Below the pieces are notes generated by a model. It worked only from the letters and a program-made list of their open reading frames with translations, was not told where the DNA came from and made no database searches. Both the position numbers and the translations under genes were made by a program. From positions 96,001 to 160,000 of the forward strand of contig CAWFFH010000004.1 in NCBI GenBank assembly GCA_963815095.1: a stretch of 64,000 nt of DNA. Direction: 5' to 3'. Shown one piece after another: positions 59,987 to 64,000 of this stretch (position 1 is the first letter of the stretch; every line of letters begins with the position of its first letter). This DNA is from Candidatus Bathyarchaeota archaeon (GTDB lineage Archaea; Thermoproteota; Bathyarchaeia; Bathyarchaeales; Bathycorpusculaceae).

Positions 59987-62900
59987 ATGAATTTGACTGC
60001 CCAAACCGAAGCCGATCAAAACCTGAGCTTACCGACAAACTATTCTCCGCTTCAATTGGAAGCTGAAATACGCGAATTCTGGACAAGAAACAACATTCGC
60101 AACAAACTGGAACTTAGCGAAAAAACCGCAAAAGGCTTTTTGGGTTACGTAGAAGGTCCGCCAACACTCAATGGCGTTCCACACATTGGACATGCTCGGG
60201 GACGCATCATGAAGGATATTCGGTACCGATGGAAAACCATGGAAGGTTACTATATGCCGTTTTGGGCAGGATGGGACTGCCAAGGTTTACCCGTAGAACT
60301 CGAAGTCGAAAAACTTTTGGGCGTAAGGAACAAGCGGGAATCCATAGAGAAATTTGGAATGGAACGCTTTATAGAAGAATGCAAAAAAGCCATCATGCGT
60401 TACCACCAAATGTGGCTTGAAGCGGACAGCCGACTGGGCATTGCAATTAATCAAGATAAAGCGTACTGGACCTACAAGGATAGCTACATCGAACGCGAAT
60501 GGTTCTATCTTAAACGGGCGTGGGAACAAAACCTCCTCGAAGAAGGCCACTACGTTGTGGCATACTGCCCAGGATGCCAAACCAGCCTAAGCAGCGCTGA
60601 AGTAGGTTATGAAGGCAGCTACAAAGAAGTTGAAGACCCATCCGTCTACTTTAAATTCAAAGTCACAGGAACACAAAACGAGTTCTTCCTAGTTTGGACA
60701 ACAATGCCTTTCACCATCATAACCGATACGATGCTTGCGGTGCAGCCAAAAGCCGAATACGTGAAAGTGAAGGTTGGCGAAGAAACCTGGATATTGATGC
60801 GACAACGAGTCGAACCAGTCATGGCAGAACTCGAAATCACAAATTACCATATTACAGATTCCATGATGGGTAAAAGTTTGGAAGGAACCCCATACGATTA
60901 CCCCTTAAAAGACATAATTCCCAAGCAGGCAGAACTCGAAACCAAACACCCATTGGTCCACAAAGTCATAGCAGAAGACTTTGTTGATGTAGAAACTGCC
61001 TCAGGCGTAGTGCATCTTTCGCCTGGCAACGGTGAGGACGATTTTTGGGCAGCATACCGGCGAGGTGTCCCAATCTTTGTTCCATTTGACGATGAAGTCA
61101 AATTCACAAACGACGCAGGCATCTTCACAGGCGTATTTGCTCGCGACGCAGATATGCTGGTGGTTGAGGAACTACGCAACCACAACGCATTCGTCAAATT
61201 CAAAAAAATAAAACACGAGTATCCAACCTGCTGGCGCAGCCACCACAAATTAGTATGGTTGGCACGCAAAGAGTACTTCTTACGAACCGACAAAATAAAC
61301 AGCAAAGTACTTGAAGCAGCAGAGAAAATCGCGTATTTCTTTGAAGAACCCAAAAACCGCTTCTTAGGCTTCCTAAAAGAAGGAAAACCATGGTGCATCA
61401 GCCGCGAACGCATCTGGGGCACACCTTTGCCATTGTGGACCTGCGAGAAATGCGGCAACAAACGCTTAATCGCAAGCAAAAAAGAATTAATCGAAAATGC
61501 CCAAGAAACGATTCCTGAAAACTTTGAGTTGCATAAGCCTTGGGTTGACCGAATTACGATTAAATGCGAAAAATGTAGCGGAACTATGCGTCGGGAAGAT
61601 TTTGTTTTAGACACTTGGCACAACAGCGGAGCCTCACCATACGCACGGTTCACTGATGAAGAGTTTGCAAAGTTTGTTCCGACGGATTTCTTGACTGAAG
61701 GCATCGACCAAACTCGGGGTTGGGCAAATTCACTGCTACTGGAATATATTATTTTGACGGGAAAACCCGTTGCGCCCTATAAGGCGTTCCTTTTCCAAGG
61801 CTTAACGCAAGACGCAAAGGGGAGAAAAATGAGCAAAAGCCTCGGAAATGTCGTTGAAACCAACAAGCTCCTTGAAAAGAACAGCGCGGACTTGTGCCGT
61901 TTTTACATGACACGTAAATGTTCACCCGTCGACTTCATGAGCTTTGACATGCAAGAACTAACCCGTCGACCCTACCAAGTCCTCTCTACACTCTACCACT
62001 TAAGCAGGTTTTTCTTGCAAAACGCTACGTTTGATGAGTTTAATCCCAAAGAATACACATTGGAGTGGGCTTTTGAGGCGGGTAAACTTCAACCAGCTGA
62101 CTTATGGCTTCTATCTAAGCTGCAGCAAAGAATTGAGGAATACACTAAAGATCTTGAAGGTTGCCAATTCAATACTGCGGTTGGGGTTTTGGATGATTTC
62201 GTTATTGAAACGCTCAGCAGGCTCTATGTACCTATGATTCGCAAGGAACTGTGGACGGATGAACCTGAGACTTTTGAGCGACGTCAGACAATCTACGCTC
62301 TGCTTCACCATGCGTTAAAAACCGTCACTTTGCTATTCAACCCAATTACACCGTACTTAAGCGAAGCGCTATTCCAAAAAATTTACAAACAACTAGAAAC
62401 GGACTTGCCTGAATCTGTTAATTTTGCAGCTTGGCCAACTCCAAACGAAAAAATGAGGAACAAACCTTTGGAAGAAGACTTTGACACTCTACTCAAAGTC
62501 GTTTCAATATCTCATGCTGCAAGAGGACAAGGAAAACTCAAGCGCCGCTGGCCCTTAGCCAAGACAATCGTGGTTGCACCAGAAAAAACGTTGCAAGCCA
62601 TCAAAACTCTCGAAGGTTTGCTTTTGGAACAAACAAACGTTAAAGCCGCTGAATATTCGGTGTCGGTTCCAGATTATGTTGGAGGCGAAAACTGGGTTTC
62701 CAGCCAGCAAGACGAAGTTACGGTGTTCCTTAGTGGGCAGCGCGACGATAAATTGCTCGGCGAAGGAATTATGCGCGATTTGGCAAGGCGTGTTCAAGCA
62801 TTGCGTAAAGAGATGGGATTTGTGCCAACAGAAACATTGGAGTCCGTACACATTGCCGAGTTGGATGCTGAGAGCATGGGATTCTTGGAGCCGTATTTGG

Positions 62901-63022
62901 AGGAGATGGCTGGGCTGGTCAGAGCAAGAAAAGTCTACTTGCATGCAAATCGCAGTGAAGTCGAAGCAGATTGGCATGAGTCAGAGCTAGACGGCAAAAA
63001 AATCCACATAAATATCCACTAG
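59987..63022 (+). CDS. ileS: Isoleucine--tRNA ligase
   Basis: EGPP..NG.PHIGH, GWDCQGLPVE, WTTMP, WCISRER.WG, EGIDQTRGW, KMSKS. Confidence 0.96.
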   Translation: MNLTAQTEADQNLSLPTNYSPLQLEAEIREFWTRNNIRNKLELSEKTAKGFLGYVEGPPTLNGVPHIGHARGRIMKDIRYRWKTMEGYYMPFWAGWDCQGLPVELEVEKLLGVRNKRESIEKFGMERFIEECKKAIMRYHQMWLEADSRLGIAINQDKAYWTYKDSYIEREWFYLKRAWEQNLLEEGHYVVAYCPGCQTSLSSAEVGYEGSYKEVEDPSVYFKFKVTGTQNEFFLVWTTMPFTIITDTMLAVQPKAEYVKVKVGEETWILMRQRVEPVMAELEITNYHITDSMMGKSLEGTPYDYPLKDIIPKQAELETKHPLVHKVIAEDFVDVETASGVVHLSPGNGEDDFWAAYRRGVPIFVPFDDEVKFTNDAGIFTGVFARDADMLVVEELRNHNAFVKFKKIKHEYPTCWRSHHKLVWLARKEYFLRTDKINSKVLEAAEKIAYFFEEPKNRFLGFLKEGKPWCISRERIWGTPLPLWTCEKCGNKRLIASKKELIENAQETIPENFELHKPWVDRITIKCEKCSGTMRREDFVLDTWHNSGASPYARFTDEEFAKFVPTDFLTEGIDQTRGWANSLLLEYIILTGKPVAPYKAFLFQGLTQDAKGRKMSKSLGNVVETNKLLEKNSADLCRFYMTRKCSPVDFMSFDMQELTRRPYQVLSTLYHLSRFFLQNATFDEFNPKEYTLEWAFEAGKLQPADLWLLSKLQQRIEEYTKDLEGCQFNTAVGVLDDFVIETLSRLYVPMIRKELWTDEPETFERRQTIYALLHHALKTVTLLFNPITPYLSEALFQKIYKQLETDLPESVNFAAWPTPNEKMRNKPLEEDFDTLLKVVSISHAARGQGKLKRRWPLAKTIVVAPEKTLQAIKTLEGLLLEQTNVKAAEYSVSVPDYVGGENWVSSQQDEVTVFLSGQRDDKLLGEGIMRDLARRVQALRKEMGFVPTETLESVHIAELDAESMGFLEPYLEEMAGLVRARKVYLHANRSEVEADWHESELDGKKIHINIH

Positions 63023-63031
63023 GCGAAACCT

Positions 63032-63208
63032 ATGGCGGAAGAAACCAACAAGAACCACCTCTATAAATGCCCGCACTGTGCATGCATCTTTTTAACCCGA
63101 GCAGATCTTCAAAAACACATGAGCATTTTCAGCGATAAAAAAGAGCAACACGATTACACTTATAAAAAAACCCATGGCAGACTAGAACACGGATACAGCG
63201 AGGAATAG
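63032..63208 (+). CDS. 58-aa C2H2-like zinc-finger protein (not in ORF track)
   Basis: MAEETNKNHLYKCPHCACIFLTRADLQKHMSIFSDKKEQHDYTYKKTHGRLEHGYSEE, 9 nt after the ileS stop. Confidence 0.7.
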   Translation: MAEETNKNHLYKCPHCACIFLTRADLQKHMSIFSDKKEQHDYTYKKTHGRLEHGYSEE

Positions 63209-63314
63209 ACAAGGTTTTTTCAAACCCTTTAAAAAATAAGAATTATAAAGTATCAAACGTTTCCTGCTAACTTATATCTAAAAACCTGCCTAACAATAAG
63301 CCAGAAGTGTTCAC

Positions 63315-64000
63315 ATGGAAAGGTTTCGGTTAGCCATCTTCAACACCCAGCCTCCTCAATTGTACTTTGGGGGCGTGGAACGCCGCATAATGGAAACTGT
63401 TAAACGGCTGCAAACCGAAACGGATATCACCGTTTACAGCGGCACAAAGGGGGGTTTCAAAGAACCCACAATCATCAATGGTGTAAATTTTGTCCCATGT
63501 TATTCAACAGACAAAATCTTTCCTTTAGATAACTGGTTTTTTAATCGAAGTCTATCCAAAAAAGCCCGCACCATTGACGCCGATGTTTATGAAGCTCATG
63601 CAGTAAGCGGCTACGGGTTCCCTAAAACGATCGAGAAACAAGATGTAAAGAAACCGTTCATTCATACGATTCATGGCGTGCTAGCCGACGAGTATGAACA
63701 AGCAAAACAAAATGGTTACCCCTCAACCAAGAGCAGGCTTGCAAATGTCTTCATGCATCGACTTGCTAAATTGGAAGAGAAAACAGCACAAAACGCAACT
63801 TTAGTCGTGACTATAAGCAATTATTCACTAGAAAAAATTCAGAAACATTATGGCATTGAAGCGTCCAAGGTTCGGATTGTTCCCAACGGTGTTGATGTAG
63901 AAAAATTCAAGCCAATGGAAGTCAAAAATGCGAGGCAGCAATTTGGTTTAGGCAATGAGCCTTGTGTGCTTTTTGTGGGCAGTCTGATTCCTCGGAAGGG
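63315..64000 (+). CDS. GT4 glycosyltransferase (partial, runs off the window)
   Basis: YFGGVERR, HTIHG, TIS.YS, IVPNGVD, LFVGSL. Confidence 0.88.
   Translation, partial: MERFRLAIFNTQPPQLYFGGVERRIMETVKRLQTETDITVYSGTKGGFKEPTIINGVNFVPCYSTDKIFPLDNWFFNRSLSKKARTIDADVYEAHAVSGYGFPKTIEKQDVKKPFIHTIHGVLADEYEQAKQNGYPSTKSRLANVFMHRLAKLEEKTAQNATLVVTISNYSLEKIQKHYGIEASKVRIVPNGVDVEKFKPMEVKNARQQFGLGNEPCVLFVGSLIPRK

Noticed and set aside
60898-61704. Long antisense ORFs (e.g. 268 aa opposite ileS, 233 aa opposite fwdA/C)
   Set aside because: Shadow frames of well-supported genes, with no motifs.

Overview
Archaeal chromosomal window, most likely Bathyarchaeia (inference from EF-1alpha GHVDNGKST, SmAP3/PAC2/tgtA, a fwdDBAC operon, class II HMG-CoA reductase, and ArsR-TM and PQQ-propeller surface proteins). 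It holds housekeeping genes (cca, thpR, glmM/glmU-like, tgtA, tuf, XPF, ileS, tRNA-Pro(CGG)), an ~11.6 kb type IV pilus-like locus with a 1092-aa adhesin, and a formylmethanofuran dehydrogenase/molybdopterin cluster. The best candidate for an undescribed system lies just after tRNA-Pro (about 42.1-48.3 kb). In order it encodes a secreted serine protease, an unannotated 18-aa Trp-rich micropeptide with a strong SD (MNQKRAIKAKAPVNWGGW), a polyprenyl-synthase-fold enzyme that has lost its IPP-binding motifs, an MFS transporter, a PAS protein and a membrane histidine kinase. This resembles the Bacillus ComQXP prenylated-peptide pheromone logic, but in an archaeon. Also seen: several small ORFs missed by the ORF track, candidate near-cognate start codons (ATT/ATA/ACG), four small-indel frameshifts (possibly assembly errors) and a shared palindromic operator. 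All assignments come from motif recognition by eye; no searches were run.
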